This document shows positions 44,723-58,102 of a stretch of 64,000 nucleotides of DNA, one piece after another. This stretch comes from Alphaproteobacteria bacterium (GTDB lineage Bacteria > Pseudomonadota > Alphaproteobacteria > SP197): assembly GCA_964291415.2 (NCBI GenBank), contig OZ219918.1, forward strand, positions 800,001-864,000. The letters run 5' to 3'. A program made the translations under genes and the position numbers. The notes beneath the pieces were generated by a model. That model ran no database searches and was not told the origin of the DNA. It was given only the letters and a program-made list of their open reading frames with translations. Each line of letters starts with the position of its first letter. Positions within the stretch are counted from its first letter, which is position 1.

Positions 44723-45718
44723 ATGCTGATCAGGGTACCGCGCAGGTGGGAGATTGCGGAGAACCAGGTGACATCCGAAAGCCATTGGCTCGACCGTCGC
44801 CGCCTTGTGAAGGCCATTGCCGCCGGACCGGTGCTGGCGGCAGGATGGCCCGCCGTCGCTCCGGCAGCTTCCGATGTGGTGGAGCTGGCCCGCGAGCAGG
44901 CTTCAGGTGATCCCACCAGTGATCTCTATCCCGCGGTCGCCAATCCGGCCTTTGTCGATGCCGGGCGAGAGGTGACGGTGGAGGAGGAGAATCTCACCTA
45001 CAACAACTTCTATGAGTTCGGCAGTTTCAAGCAGATCTGGCAACGCGCCGCGGACCTCCCCCGCCGCCCCTGGTCGGTCACCATCGACGGCCTTGTCGAG
45101 GAACCCCGGACCATCGACATCGACACCCTGATCCGCTCGTTCAGCCTCGAGGAGAGGATTTACCGGCATCGCTGCGTGGAAGCGTGGTCCATGGTCGTGC
45201 CTTGGACGGGCTTCACCCTGCGCGATTTCGTCGAATTCGCCCGGCCACTCGGTTCGGCACGCTATGTCGTCATGCAGACCTTCCATGATCCCGATGTGGC
45301 TCCCGGCCAGGCGGGTTCGTGGTATCCCTGGCCCTACACGGAAGGTGTCACCATCGAGGAAGCAACCAACGACCTCGCCTTCATGGTGACCGGTGCCTAC
45401 GGGCAGCCCATGGCCAATCAGTTCGGCGTGCCACTGCGCCTCCACCTTCCCTGGAAGTACGGGTTCAAGTCCGTCAAGTCCATCGTCAGGGTGTCGTTCA
45501 CCGAGGAACGGCCGCTGACATTCTGGGAAGAGGTGGCGGGGAACGAGTACGGGTTCTGGGCCAATGTCAATCCCGAAGTGCCGCACCGGCGCTGGAGCCA
45601 GGCCATGGAACGCGTCCTCGGTACCGGAGACACCGTTCCCACCGAGATCTACAACGGCTATGGCGCCGAGGTGGCGTCTCTCTATGCCGGCCTGGAGGAC
45701 GAACCCCTCTTCATGTAG
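44723..45718 (+). CDS. msrP: Protein-methionine-sulfoxide reductase catalytic subunit
   Basis: Tat DRRRLVK, YNNFYEFG, HRCVEAWS, PWKYGFKS, HRRWSQA. Confidence 0.93.
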   Translation: MLIRVPRRWEIAENQVTSESHWLDRRRLVKAIAAGPVLAAGWPAVAPAASDVVELAREQASGDPTSDLYPAVANPAFVDAGREVTVEEENLTYNNFYEFGSFKQIWQRAADLPRRPWSVTIDGLVEEPRTIDIDTLIRSFSLEERIYRHRCVEAWSMVVPWTGFTLRDFVEFARPLGSARYVVMQTFHDPDVAPGQAGSWYPWPYTEGVTIEEATNDLAFMVTGAYGQPMANQFGVPLRLHLPWKYGFKSVKSIVRVSFTEERPLTFWEEVAGNEYGFWANVNPEVPHRRWSQAMERVLGTGDTVPTEIYNGYGAEVASLYAGLEDEPLFM

Positions 45719-45758
45719 CCGGTTCCATGAGCGGGCGTGTCCCGCCGGAATCAGTGGC

Positions 45759-46649
45759 TCAGGTGCGGTCCTGGCGGACCTTCTCGACGAGGAAATCGCG
45801 GAAGGCGGCGATTCGTGCCGATCCTCTCTGTTCTTCGGGATAGACGATGTGGGCTGTCAGAACGGGGAGGGGGGCCTCGATATCGATCCTGACCTGCCGG
45901 TCAGTGCTGCGCAGAACGTAGTCGGGAAGAATGGCGATACCCAGACCGCTTTCCACGGCGTTGCGCATGCCAAGGACCGAGTTGACCGTCAGGGCGGGAT
46001 GGCGCTGGGGCCTGTCGACCCCGAATGAGCGGGGCAGCCATGCCGGGTTGACGAGATCCCGCAAGGGACCGTTGTCGTACATGATGATGCGGTGTTTCTC
46101 GAGATCCTTGAGGGATGCCGGTGTTCCCCACGCCTTGAGGTAGAGCGGCGAAGCGTAGAAGTTGAAATGGATGGTCTTCAGGCGGCGCTGGATGAGATCC
46201 GGTTGAGTCGGCCGGAAGAGGCGAATGCCAACATCCGCCTCTCCCATGGAGAGATCGAGTTCGCCGTCGTCGATGAGGAGCGAGATCGAGATCTCCGGAT
46301 AGCGATCCATGAACTCGACGATTCTGGGCATCAGCCAGATCATCGCGAAGCCCGTCGTGGCGGTCACCGACAGGTGGCCGGCAGGCCGTTTCTTGCTGTC
46401 GGCGAGCTTGGACTCGACCATGGCGACCTTGCCGAACACCTCACGGGCCGTGGCATAGAGCAGGTCTCCCTGTTCGGTCACCAGGAGTCCGCGGGCATGG
46501 CGGTGAAACAGCTCGACGCCCAGTTCGTTCTCGAGGGCGGCAATCTGTCGGCTGATGGCCGATTGGCTCAGATTGAGCTGTCGGCCTGCCCTGGTGAAGC
46601 TGCCCGCTTCCGCCACATGGAAGAAGACCCGCAGGCGATCCCAGTCCAT
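45759..46649 (-). CDS. LysR-family regulator
   Basis: MDWDRLRVF..VAEAGSFT..LSQSAISRQI; downstream of trxB. Confidence 0.94.
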   Translation of the reverse strand: MDWDRLRVFFHVAEAGSFTRAGRQLNLSQSAISRQIAALENELGVELFHRHARGLLVTEQGDLLYATAREVFGKVAMVESKLADSKKRPAGHLSVTATTGFAMIWLMPRIVEFMDRYPEISISLLIDDGELDLSMGEADVGIRLFRPTQPDLIQRRLKTIHFNFYASPLYLKAWGTPASLKDLEKHRIIMYDNGPLRDLVNPAWLPRSFGVDRPQRHPALTVNSVLGMRNAVESGLGIAILPDYVLRSTDRQVRIDIEAPLPVLTAHIVYPEEQRGSARIAAFRDFLVEKVRQDRT

Positions 46650-46664
46650 CCCGGCCTCATCCGC

Positions 46665-47633
46665 CTACTCGGCAGCCTCACGACGGTCCGCCGCCAGATG
46701 GGCGAGGTACTTTTCCGCCTCCAGAGCTGCCATGCAGCCGGTGCCGGCCGCCGTGACCGCCTGGCGGTAGACCTTGTCCTGCACATCTCCGGCGGCGAAG
46801 ACACCGGGAATGGCCGTGGCCGTGCTGTCGGGCGCCGTTACGAGATAGCCCTCGTCATCCATGTCGAGAACCCCGGCGAAAATCCCGGTGTTGGGCCGGT
46901 GGCCGATGGCGATGAAGACTCCGTCGAGAACGAGGTCGTGTTCCTTGCCGGTGGCAACATTCCTCACCCTGGCGCCGGTCACGCCAGGTGGTTCACTGGT
47001 ACCCAGAACCTCGCTCAGCACGGTGTTCCACAGGATCTCGATACGTGGATGGCGGAACAGTCTCTCCTGCAGGATCCGCTCGGCGCGCAGTTCATCGCGC
47101 CGGTGGATCAACCGCACCCGGGCGGCCAGCTGGGCAAGATAGAGCGCCTCCTCGACGGCGGTGTTGCCCCCGCCGACGACACACACTTCCTTCTCCCTGA
47201 AGAAGAAGCCATCGCAGGTGGCGCAGGCCGAGACCCCGAATCCCTGAAACCGCGCCTCGCTCTCCAGACCCAGCCACTTGGCCTCGGCGCCGGTGGCGAT
47301 GATGACCGCATCTGCGGTGCGAATGTCCCCGGAGTCTCCTGCGACAACGAAGGGACGGCGGGAGAAATCGACCCCGGCGACAAGGTCATTGACCATTTCG
47401 GTGCCCACCGCACGGGCCTGGTCGGTCATCTGCTCCATCAGCCAGGGACCTTGCACGACATCCGCAAATCCCGGGTAGTTCTCGACGTCCGTGGTGATGG
47501 TCATCTGCCCGCCAGGCTGAATTCCGTGAAGCAGAACCGGTTCGAGACCAGCCCGGGCCGCATAGATGGCGGCCGTCAGGCCGGCAGGACCTGAACCCAT
47601 GATGAGCACCCTGGCGTGCTGGTGTTCCGGCAT
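46665..47633 (-). CDS. trxB: Thioredoxin reductase
   Basis: GSGPAG, CATCDG, GGGNTA, FAAGDV. Confidence 0.96.
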   Translation of the reverse strand: MPEHQHARVLIMGSGPAGLTAAIYAARAGLEPVLLHGIQPGGQMTITTDVENYPGFADVVQGPWLMEQMTDQARAVGTEMVNDLVAGVDFSRRPFVVAGDSGDIRTADAVIIATGAEAKWLGLESEARFQGFGVSACATCDGFFFREKEVCVVGGGNTAVEEALYLAQLAARVRLIHRRDELRAERILQERLFRHPRIEILWNTVLSEVLGTSEPPGVTGARVRNVATGKEHDLVLDGVFIAIGHRPNTGIFAGVLDMDDEGYLVTAPDSTATAIPGVFAAGDVQDKVYRQAVTAAGTGCMAALEAEKYLAHLAADRREAAE

Positions 47634-47770
47634 GGCGTTCCATCCGGGAATTGCGGTCACCGACAATCTAGTAAAGGGCGCCGCGGCGTGAAAGACATGA
47701 GGCAAAGATTGGGGTGGACAGTCTCATCCTCACCCTTGCCACGCACGCTGCAAGGGACAATATTACGGTC

Positions 47771-48124
47771 ATGGACGATTCGGACACCAAAGACGAAGGC
47801 TTCCGCACGGCAAGATTCTGCATCGGTGACGTTGTCAGGCACCGGCACTATCCGTTTCGCGGCGTGATCTACGATGTCGACCCGGTCTATGCCAACACCG
47901 AGGAATGGTGGCTCTCCATTCCCGAGGACGTGCGTCCCTCCAAGGATCAGCCGTTCTATCACCTGCTGGCCGAGAACGAGGAGTCTACGTATGTCGCCTA
48001 CGTCTCTGAACAGAACCTGGTGACAGACGAGAGCGGCCTGCCGGTATCGCACCCCCATGTGTCACTGATGTTCGCCGGTCCTAAGAACGGCCGCTACATT
48101 CCAACGGCGATCCAGGAAAACTGA
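47771..48124 (+). CDS. hspQ: Heat shock protein HspQ (YccV-like)
   Basis: FRGVIYDVDP, QPFYHLLAEN, AYVSEQNL. Confidence 0.92.
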   Translation: MDDSDTKDEGFRTARFCIGDVVRHRHYPFRGVIYDVDPVYANTEEWWLSIPEDVRPSKDQPFYHLLAENEESTYVAYVSEQNLVTDESGLPVSHPHVSLMFAGPKNGRYIPTAIQEN

Positions 48125-49070
48125 AACGCTGCCCCAGGCGATCCCTGATCCGTTGCGCCACCCAGGTGGCGTCATCGAGCACCACGGGTTGCCAGGAGGG
48201 ATCGAGCGCGCCGTCGAAGTTCCTTGCGTGCCCACCTCGCTTCAACGCCTCGTGAAATCGCGTGAACTTTGCCGAGCCTCCCGGCAGCGGAGCGATGTAC
48301 ACCGGCTTGCCGCTGATACAGGCTTCCGTGGCCATGTTCACGGAATCGGATGTCACGACGATGGCATCGGCGAGACCGAGCCAGCCTTCATAAGGATTGC
48401 TACCCCTGCCTTGCCAGGTGATGGAGCACGCCGGATCGAGTTCCTTCATCAGGGCGTCGGCGGCTTCCGGCGGGGTGCGCCGTGAGACTGTGACCATGAG
48501 CCCTCCCTGCAGCGCAGCAAGTCGCCGGCCGAGATCACGGGCGTCGGTGCGCGTGAACCGGTAGACCCGGTTGGGACCGCCGATGGCGGCAAGGATCAGG
48601 GGGCGCGGGAGGTGGGCGACCTCTCCCGCGTGGCGGCCGGCCGCTTCGTCAAGGGCGCATCGAGTCAGGCCGTGAAGCGAGCCGGTTGTGGCGATGACAT
48701 TGGCGCCCTTCACGCGGTCGTGACGGGGTGCAATGACGAGGTCGAAGTTGGCCGGGCTGATGGTGGGGTTCTGGATATGGATGGTGACGGTGCGGCCTCC
48801 GGACTTCCGGCGGATGGCGGCCGTCGGCGCCGCGGACTTGCGGCCGCTGGCGATCACCAGATGCGGCCAGGGAGGGCTGAGCCGATCCCCTCTTGGCGAC
48901 AGCGCGGACAGTGGCGCGGGCCAGAATGCAGGAGGAAGCGCCCTCCAGGGATGGCGGATGACGATCGTGCGGCGGTCGGGCTCGAGCCCGAGCCGCCTGG
49001 CAAGTCCGTCGCACTGGCGTACCAGGCCGGCAGCGCCGTCGGTCACGATCCAGGAACGAATGGCATTCAC
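48081..49070 (-). CDS. ELM1-family protein
   Basis: [38 protein letters not shown]. Confidence 0.88.
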   Translation of the reverse strand: MNAIRSWIVTDGAAGLVRQCDGLARRLGLEPDRRTIVIRHPWRALPPAFWPAPLSALSPRGDRLSPPWPHLVIASGRKSAAPTAAIRRKSGGRTVTIHIQNPTISPANFDLVIAPRHDRVKGANVIATTGSLHGLTRCALDEAAGRHAGEVAHLPRPLILAAIGGPNRVYRFTRTDARDLGRRLAALQGGLMVTVSRRTPPEAADALMKELDPACSITWQGRGSNPYEGWLGLADAIVVTSDSVNMATEACISGKPVYIAPLPGGSAKFTRFHEALKRGGHARNFDGALDPSWQPVVLDDATWVAQRIRDRLGQRFSFPGSPLECSGRS

Positions 49071-52000
49071 CGAGCACTACCGGCGTAGGCCTGAAGCGGC
49101 TTCACATCGAGATCGCCGGCCTTGAGAGCGGCAATGGCCTCGATCACCGCCCGGGCCCCGGGAATCGTCGTGACGTACGGCACCTTCTTCATCAGGGCGG
49201 TGCGCCGCAGGCTGAAGCTGTCCGTGATCGACTTCGATCCCTCGGTGGTGTTGATCAGAAGATCGATGCTGTCGTTCTTGAGGGCATCGACAATGTGTGG
49301 CGATCCCTGGAGAACCTTGTTGATGCATTCGACCTTGAGGCCGGCCGCAGTCATCTCGCGCGCCGTGCCGCGGGTGGCGATGAGTTGAAATCCCATGTCG
49401 GCAAGCCGCCTGCCCAGCGTGACGGCGTGCGGCTTGTCGCGATCGCGCACCGAGATGAAGACACAGCCCCGGCAGGGAAGGGCGCCACCGGCCGCCAGTT
49501 GCGCCTTGGCAAACGCGTGTCCGAAATCGCCGTCGAGACCCATCACCTCGCCGGTTGATTTCATCTCCGGGCCCAGAATGACGTCCACTCCGGGAAATCG
49601 GGTGAAGGGGAACACCGCCTCCTTGATGGCGATGTGTGTGACCTCCGGCCGGCTGAGACGGAAAGATCCGAGAGACTCTCCTGCCATGACTCGTGCGGCA
49701 ATCTTGGCGATCGGAACGCCAATGGCCTTGGCGACGAAGGGAACGGTGCGGCTGGCGCGGGGGTTGACCTCCAGAACGAGGATCTTGCCTTCCTTCACGG
49801 CGAACTGGACGTTGATCAGTCCCACTGTTCCCAGTTCCAGCGCCAGGGCCTCTGTCTGCTTCGTCAGGCCTTCGATGATGTCTTCTCCCAGGGAGTAGGG
49901 AGGAAGCGAGCACGCCGAGTCGCCCGAATGGACTCCGGCCTCCTCGATATGTTCCATGATCCCGGCAACGAAGACATCCCTGCCGTCCGACAGTGCATCG
50001 ACATCCACTTCGACGGCATCCTGGAGAAAGCGATCGACCAGAATGGGGTGATCTCCCGATACGCTCACAGAGCGCTCCACGTAGACCGCCAGGGCATCAT
50101 CGTCGTGGACGATTTCCATGGCCCTTCCACCCAGCACGTAGCTCGGCCGCACGACGACGGGATAGCCGATACGCCCGGTGATCCGCAGGGCTTCGTCGAG
50201 CGACCGGCAGGTTCCGTTGGCCGGTTGCCTGAGGCCGAGATCATGAAGCAGGGCCTGGAAGCGCTTGCGGTCCTCCGCACGATCGATGGCGTCGGGCGAG
50301 GTGCCGATGATGGGAATGTTCTCCTCTTCGAGTGCCCGCGCCAAGCCGAGCGGTGTCTGGCCACCAAACTGGACGATGACGCCGATGAGGGTCCCCCTCG
50401 CCATTTCGGTGCGGGCGATCGCCACGACGTCCTCGACGGTCAACGGCTCGAAGTAGAGGCGGTCGGAGGTGTCGTAGTCCGTCGAGACGGTCTCGGGATT
50501 GCAGTTGACCATAATGGTCTCGATCCCGGCCTCCTTCAGACCGTAGCACGCGTGGACGCAGCAATAGTCGAACTCGATTCCCTGTCCGATCCGGTTGGGA
50601 CCGCCCCCAAGGATGATCACCTTCCTGTTGTCGCTGACGTCCGATTCGTCTTCCGCCGGGACGATGCCGTCGCCTTCGTAGCAGCCATACATGTAGGACG
50701 TGCTCGCCGGAAACTCGGCGGCACAGGTATCGATCCTCTTGAACACCGGCGTCACGGCGAGATGTTCCCGTCTGGCCCTGACGCCGCGTTCCGTCATTCC
50801 GGCGAGGGCAGCCAGCCGGCGGTCCGAGAACCCGAGTTTCTTGATTTCGAGGAACTCCCGCGCGTCTTCAGGGAGGCCATTCCTCGCCACCGTTGCCTCG
50901 GCCTCGACGATGCGGCGGATCTGGCCCAGGAACCAGGGGTCATAGCGGGTGATGTCGTGAATGGTGCCATCGTCGAGACCGCGACGCATCGCTTCGGCGA
51001 TGGCGAGCAGGCGGTCGGGAGAAGGACGCGCCAGACGGGCGACGATGCCGTCCTTCGACGTGTCGTCAAGGATCACCGGATCGAGGCCCGTGAGACCGGT
51101 TTCCATGGAGCGCAGCGCCTTTTGCAGAGCTTCCGGAAACGACCGGCCGATTGCCATCACCTCGCCAACGGACTTCATGGATGTGGTGAGCTCGGCCTGT
51201 GTCCCGGGAAACTTCTCGAAGGTGAAGCGCGGTATCTTGACGACGCAGTAGTCGATGGTCGGCTCGAAGCTCGCAGGCGTCACGCGCGTGATGTCGTTGC
51301 GCACCTCGTCGAGGGTGTAGCCGACGGCAAGTTTGGCGGCGACCTTGGCGATGGGAAATCCGGTCGCCTTCGAAGCCAGCGCCGACGACCGCGACACGCG
51401 CGGATTCATTTCAACCACGATCATGCGGCCGTCTGCCGGGTTGATGGCGAACTGGACGTTGGAGCCGCCGGTGTCGACACCGATCTCCCGCAGCACGGCG
51501 ATCGAGGCGTCGCGCATGACCTGGAACTCCTTGTCGGTCAGCGTCAGTGTCGGCGCCACAGTCACGCTGTCGCCGGTGTGGATTCCCATCGGATCGATAT
51601 TCTCGATGGAGCACACGATGATGCAGTTGTCGGCGCGGTCGCGCACGACCTCCATCTCGTATTCCTTCCAGCCAAGGATCGACTCTTCGATCAGGACCTC
51701 GCTGGTCGGGCTCGCCTCGAGTCCCCGGCGGACGATGTCCGAGAACTCCTCGCGGTTGTAGGCGATGCCGCCGCCTGTGCCGCCGAGCGTGAAGCTCGGT
51801 CGGATGATGGCGGGCAGTCCGACGTCCTCGAGGGCTTCAAAGGCCTGATCGAGCGAATGGGCGAGGACGCTGCGGGCGCATTCGAGGCCGATGCGGTTCA
51901 TCGCATCGCGGAAGAGCTCCCGGTCCTCGGCCTTGTCGATCGCCTCCCTGGAGGCGCCGATCAGTTCCGTGCCACAGGCATCGAGGACTCCCATGCGGGC

Positions 52001-52306
52001 GAGACTCAGCGCCGTGTTGAGGGCCGTCTGCCCCCCCATCGTCGGCAGCAGTGCGTCGGGGCGCTCCCTCTCGATGATGCGGGCGACGATCTCCGGAGTC
52101 ACCGGTTCGACGTATGTGGCGTCCGCCATCGCGGGGTCGGTCATGATGGTCGCCGGGTTCGAGTTGACCAGGATGACGCGGTATCCCTCGTCCTTGAGGG
52201 CCTTGACGGCCTGTGTGCCCGAATAATCGAACTCGCACGCCTGGCCGATGATGATCGGTCCGGCACCGATGATCAGGATTGACTCGATGTCAGTGCGCGC
52301 TGGCAT
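49067..52306 (-). CDS. carB: Carbamoyl-phosphate synthase large subunit
   Basis: [17 protein letters not shown], two ATP-grasp halves, MGS domain. Confidence 0.98.
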   Translation of the reverse strand: MPARTDIESILIIGAGPIIIGQACEFDYSGTQAVKALKDEGYRVILVNSNPATIMTDPAMADATYVEPVTPEIVARIIERERPDALLPTMGGQTALNTALSLARMGVLDACGTELIGASREAIDKAEDRELFRDAMNRIGLECARSVLAHSLDQAFEALEDVGLPAIIRPSFTLGGTGGGIAYNREEFSDIVRRGLEASPTSEVLIEESILGWKEYEMEVVRDRADNCIIVCSIENIDPMGIHTGDSVTVAPTLTLTDKEFQVMRDASIAVLREIGVDTGGSNVQFAINPADGRMIVVEMNPRVSRSSALASKATGFPIAKVAAKLAVGYTLDEVRNDITRVTPASFEPTIDYCVVKIPRFTFEKFPGTQAELTTSMKSVGEVMAIGRSFPEALQKALRSMETGLTGLDPVILDDTSKDGIVARLARPSPDRLLAIAEAMRRGLDDGTIHDITRYDPWFLGQIRRIVEAEATVARNGLPEDAREFLEIKKLGFSDRRLAALAGMTERGVRARREHLAVTPVFKRIDTCAAEFPASTSYMYGCYEGDGIVPAEDESDVSDNRKVIILGGGPNRIGQGIEFDYCCVHACYGLKEAGIETIMVNCNPETVSTDYDTSDRLYFEPLTVEDVVAIARTEMARGTLIGVIVQFGGQTPLGLARALEEENIPIIGTSPDAIDRAEDRKRFQALLHDLGLRQPANGTCRSLDEALRITGRIGYPVVVRPSYVLGGRAMEIVHDDDALAVYVERSVSVSGDHPILVDRFLQDAVEVDVDALSDGRDVFVAGIMEHIEEAGVHSGDSACSLPPYSLGEDIIEGLTKQTEALALELGTVGLINVQFAVKEGKILVLEVNPRASRTVPFVAKAIGVPIAKIAARVMAGESLGSFRLSRPEVTHIAIKEAVFPFTRFPGVDVILGPEMKSTGEVMGLDGDFGHAFAKAQLAAGGALPCRGCVFISVRDRDKPHAVTLGRRLADMGFQLIATRGTAREMTAAGLKVECINKVLQGSPHIVDALKNDSIDLLINTTEGSKSITDSFSLRRTALMKKVPYVTTIPGARAVIEAIAALKAGDLDVKPLQAYAGSAR

Positions 52307-53453
52307 GGTTCTCCATGGCCTTGATGAAAGACCGGAAGAGGTAGCGGCTGTCCTGTGGTCCGGGACTCGCCTCGGGATGGTACTGGACGGAAAAGACGGG
52401 CTTTTCCCTGATCCTGAAGCCGGCCAGAGTACCGTCGAAGAGTGACACGTGGGTGATCACGGCATTGTCGGGGAGACTGTCGGGGTCGACGACAAATCCG
52501 TGGTTCTGGCAGGTGATCTCCACCCCGCCGGTTTCCAGGTTTCTCACAGGGTGGTTGGCGCCGCGGTGACCGTTCACCATCTTCAGTGTCCGCGCACCCA
52601 GCGCCAGTGCCAGCAGCTGGTGCCCCAGACAGATCCCGAAGACCGGTTTTCCCGTTTCCAGGAGATCGCGGATTATCGGCACCGCCCACGTTCCGGTGGC
52701 GGCGGGATCACCTGGCCCGTTGGAAAGAAAGATGCCATCGGGGCGATGGCGCATGATGTCGGCAATGGCGGAAGTCGCCGGCACGACAGTCACACGGCAG
52801 CCCAGGGAAACGAGGTGGCGCAGGATGTTCCGCTTGACCCCGTAGTCCACCGCGACGACATGGCGACGCGGCGACGGTCCGGCGGCATGGCCATGCTGGA
52901 GCGACCAGGTGCCCTCGGTCCAGGTATAGGTCTGCCGGCAGGTGACTTCGCGGGCGAGATCCATGCCTTCGAGTCCCGGCCAGGCGGCAAGTTCGCCGGC
53001 GAGCCCGGGGCAATCGATGGTGCCGTGATCGATGCCGGCCGTCTGGAACCCGCGAGATCGCACCAGCCGGGTCAGGCGGCGCGTGTCAATTCCGGTGATG
53101 CCGACGAGATTGTTGGCACGCAGCCATCCGTCAAAATGGCCGCTGGCGCGAAAGCTCGAGGGATCGGTAATCGCATCGCGGATCACGATACCGCGAGCCG
53201 CCGGTGTCTGCGCCTCGATATCCTCGCCGTTGGCGCCGGTGTTTCCGATATGGGGAAAGGTGAAGGTGATGATTTGCCCGGCGTACGAGGGATCCGTCAC
53301 GATCTCCTGATAGCCGGTCATTGCGGTATTGAAACACAGTTCGCCAATGGCACGCCCGGTGGCGCCGATTCCGTGACCCCAGAACACCGAACCATCCGCG
53401 AGCATGATGCACGCCGTGGCCCACGGCGGCGGCTGTGAAACGCATGGGGACAT
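52290..53453 (-). CDS. carA: Carbamoyl-phosphate synthase small subunit
   Basis: [34 protein letters not shown]. Confidence 0.97.
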   Translation of the reverse strand: MSPCVSQPPPWATACIMLADGSVFWGHGIGATGRAIGELCFNTAMTGYQEIVTDPSYAGQIITFTFPHIGNTGANGEDIEAQTPAARGIVIRDAITDPSSFRASGHFDGWLRANNLVGITGIDTRRLTRLVRSRGFQTAGIDHGTIDCPGLAGELAAWPGLEGMDLAREVTCRQTYTWTEGTWSLQHGHAAGPSPRRHVVAVDYGVKRNILRHLVSLGCRVTVVPATSAIADIMRHRPDGIFLSNGPGDPAATGTWAVPIIRDLLETGKPVFGICLGHQLLALALGARTLKMVNGHRGANHPVRNLETGGVEITCQNHGFVVDPDSLPDNAVITHVSLFDGTLAGFRIREKPVFSVQYHPEASPGPQDSRYLFRSFIKAMENHASAH

Positions 53454-53663
53454 GGAAACCGGCCAAGGAGTGACGTTGCCGGACTATAGGGATGCACGGT
53501 CGCGGGGTCAAGAGCCCAATGGGGAATAAACGTCCCATTATCATGCCGTTGGAATCTATCCACCGGCGTTGGATGGAGGCCGCGCGAGGGAAACGACTCG
53601 CCCTTGGCGGCAATCTGATGTAAGGCTCGGTCACGTTGCAACCAGGTGGTCAAGATCGGCGCG

Positions 53664-54122
53664 ATGTCCATCAGGCAGGAGATCTCGGGAGCGCTCAGAC
53701 AGGCGGTCAAGACCCAGGACCGGCTTGCGACGTCGACGTTGAGACTCGTCATCGCTGCCCTCAAGGATCACGAGATCGCGTCACGCGCCAACGGTGTCAG
53801 CCAAATGGTGAGCGACGAGCAGGCGATCGGCATTCTGGCCAAGATGGTGCGCCAGCGACGGGAGGCGGCCGAGCAGTTCCGCAAGGGAAACCGGACGGAC
53901 CTGGCGGACCGGGAGGAAGTGGAGATCTCAATCATCACACGTTTCATGCCGCGTCCGATGGACCCGGAAGAGCTGGCCCGTTGCGTTGACGCCGCCATCG
54001 TCGAGTGTGATGCCTTGAGCCTCAAGGACATGGGCCGGGTCATGGCCTTGCTCAAGACGTCCTATCCAGGACGCTTCGACGGCGCTGCCGCGAGCGCCCT
54101 GGTCAGGAAACGGCTCGGCTGA
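53664..54122 (+). CDS. GatB/YqeY-domain protein
   Basis: STLRLV, KDMGRVM; upstream of dnaG. Confidence 0.9.
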   Translation: MSIRQEISGALRQAVKTQDRLATSTLRLVIAALKDHEIASRANGVSQMVSDEQAIGILAKMVRQRREAAEQFRKGNRTDLADREEVEISIITRFMPRPMDPEELARCVDAAIVECDALSLKDMGRVMALLKTSYPGRFDGAAASALVRKRLG

Positions 54123-54130
54123 GGGGGGCC

Positions 54131-56005
54131 ATGGTGCTGTTCACCCCGGAATTCCTGGACGAGATCAGGGCGCGCATACTCCTGTCCGAGGTCATAGGAT
54201 CCAGCGTCCGTCTGGAGCGCCGTGGCAGCGAGTATGTCGGATTGTGTCCCTTCCATCAGGAAAAGTCCCCGTCCTTCACGGTCACGGATTCCAAGGGTTT
54301 CTATCATTGCTTCGGCTGCGGAGCGCACGGCGATGTCATCCGCTACGTGGTGGAAACCGAGAACCTCACGTTTCCCGAGGCAGTGGAGCGGCTTGCCGGA
54401 CGCGCCGGTCTCGCGATGCCCGAGCGCAGTCCGGAGCAGCGGGAGCGCTATCGCCGCGCCGCAACCCTCCACGATGTCCTGGAGGAGGCCAGCCGCTGGT
54501 TTGAGAGCCAGTTGGCCGGCAGCACCGGGAACCGGGCCCGCGCCTATCTTTCGGAACGCCGCGTCAGCGACGCCTCGCGCAAGCGGTTTCGTCTGGGATA
54601 CGCGCCGGACGAGCGCAATCGACTGATGCGTCATCTCGCCGGCAAGGGCATCTCGCGGGAACTGGTCATTGAGGCCGGTCTTGCCTACGTCGGCGACGGC
54701 GACCGCGAGCCGGTTGACCGCTTCCGTCACCGGTTGATCTTTCCCATCACCGACCGCAATGGCCGTGTCGCCGGATTTGGCGGCCGGGCCATGGGCCACC
54801 AGAGGGCCAAGTACCTCAATTCGCCGGAAACACCGGTCTTTCACAAGGGCCACCTGCTCTACGGCTTCACCGAAGCGCGCAAGCCGGCGCACGATGCCGG
54901 AACGGTCGTTGTCGTCGAGGGTTACATGGATGCCATCGCCCTCGTCCAGGCGGGAATTCAGCACGTCGTCGCTCCCCTCGGGACCGCGCTGACGGAGGGC
55001 CACCTCGCCCTGTTGTGGAAGCTGGCGGATGAACCCGTGCTGTGTTTCGACGGCGACACGGCGGGATACTCCGCTGCCTGCCGCGCCATGGAGAGGGCGT
55101 TGCCCGTTCTCAGGGCGGGCAAGTCCCTGCGTTTCGTGCTGCTTGCCGACGGCATGGATCCCGACGACATCGTCAGGGTGCGCGGCACCGCGTCCATGCG
55201 CGACCTGATCGACCGGGCGATTCCCCTGATGGACATGCTCTGGCAGAGCCGCACCCGGGGACGGGCACTGGAGACCCCCGAACGCCGCGCCGGACTGGAA
55301 AGGGAGTTGATGAGCGTGGTCGCATCGATCTCCGACAGGGCCGTCGGCCACTACTATCGCGGCGAGATCAGCCAGCGGCTGAAGGCCGCCTTCGGTCCGC
55401 CGCGATACAGGGGCGATCGTCTGCGGCCGGGAGAGCGCCGCCGACTCGACCGCCGGAGGAGGGAGTCATGGACATACCACCGCGGTGTGGAAATGGTCCC
55501 GGGCAGCGTTCCCGGTGGCGGTCCGGCGGGTGACGCCCGTCTCGCCGAAAGTGCGCTTGTCGCCATTCCCTTCCTCAATCCGGGTCTTCTCGAGAGGATT
55601 GCCGAGCCCCTCTCAGAGGTGTCCTTTCTCGATTCGCGCCACGAAAAGCTGCAACAGTGCCTCATCGGGGCCAGCGAGGTTGATGGAGACCTTGACAACC
55701 GGACGATATCTGACCACCTGACAGCGGCAGGTCTCGATGATCTGATGAAGGATGTGGTCCAGGCGGGAAGCCTCTCCGGCCTGGTCATGGAGTCGGTTGG
55801 CGAGGCGGAAGATCTGTGGCGCCACGTCCACGATCTTCACAGCTGCCGCAATGTCCTGGGTCAGGAGATTCGTGCCGAGGCTGACGCTTGGGAGAACGAT
55901 CCCACGGCGCAGGCCTGGCAGCGGCTGGTGGCCAAGATCGAGGAGAGAGAGGGCTGGCAGGACAGGGTTCTCGCCGATGATGATGACGTCGAGGAAACTG
56001 GATGA
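54131..56005 (+). CDS. dnaG: DNA primase
   Basis: CPFH...CFGC zinc finger, KYLNSPET, EGYMD, FDGD. Confidence 0.97.
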   Translation: MVLFTPEFLDEIRARILLSEVIGSSVRLERRGSEYVGLCPFHQEKSPSFTVTDSKGFYHCFGCGAHGDVIRYVVETENLTFPEAVERLAGRAGLAMPERSPEQRERYRRAATLHDVLEEASRWFESQLAGSTGNRARAYLSERRVSDASRKRFRLGYAPDERNRLMRHLAGKGISRELVIEAGLAYVGDGDREPVDRFRHRLIFPITDRNGRVAGFGGRAMGHQRAKYLNSPETPVFHKGHLLYGFTEARKPAHDAGTVVVVEGYMDAIALVQAGIQHVVAPLGTALTEGHLALLWKLADEPVLCFDGDTAGYSAACRAMERALPVLRAGKSLRFVLLADGMDPDDIVRVRGTASMRDLIDRAIPLMDMLWQSRTRGRALETPERRAGLERELMSVVASISDRAVGHYYRGEISQRLKAAFGPPRYRGDRLRPGERRRLDRRRRESWTYHRGVEMVPGSVPGGGPAGDARLAESALVAIPFLNPGLLERIAEPLSEVSFLDSRHEKLQQCLIGASEVDGDLDNRTISDHLTAAGLDDLMKDVVQAGSLSGLVMESVGEAEDLWRHVHDLHSCRNVLGQEIRAEADAWENDPTAQAWQRLVAKIEEREGWQDRVLADDDDVEETG

Positions 56006-56100
56006 TTCCCTGAAGACTTGTACATCGGCGTCATCCGGCCAGGGTGCCGGTTCGTGGTATACTGTGCCGTTTCGGATTCGCGGCTAAGGAGATTTCAGAC

Positions 56101-58014
<1,914 letters not shown>

Positions 58015-58025
58015 AGAGCGGCACC

Positions 58026-58102
58026 GGGCCCGTAGCTCAACTGGTCAGAGCCGGCCGCTCATAACGGTCTGGTTGCAGGTTCGAGTCCTGCCGGGCCCAC
58101 CA
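58026..58102 (+). tRNA. tRNA-Ile2 (anticodon CAT, lysidine type)
   Basis: Cloverleaf: GGGCCCG acceptor stem, anticodon loop CTCATAA, TTCGA T-loop, encoded CCA; sequence type and position after rpoD favour Ile2 over Met. Confidence 0.92.

Noticed and set aside
49634-52282. 882-aa ORF antisense to carB, and similar long antisense ORFs (7858-9366, 16366-18027, 24127-25938, 56398-57969)
   Set aside because: Shadow ORFs produced by GC-rich codon bias on the opposite strand of clear genes; no motifs.
53454-53663. Hairpins in the carA/YqeY divergent region as a riboswitch
   Set aside because: No recognisable aptamer consensus; such stems are common in GC-rich DNA.
58026-58102. Calling the CAT-anticodon tRNA as tRNA-Met or fMet
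   Set aside because: It has a paired G1-C72 and no GGG/CCC anticodon stem, so it is not the initiator; sequence type and location after rpoD fit Ile2.
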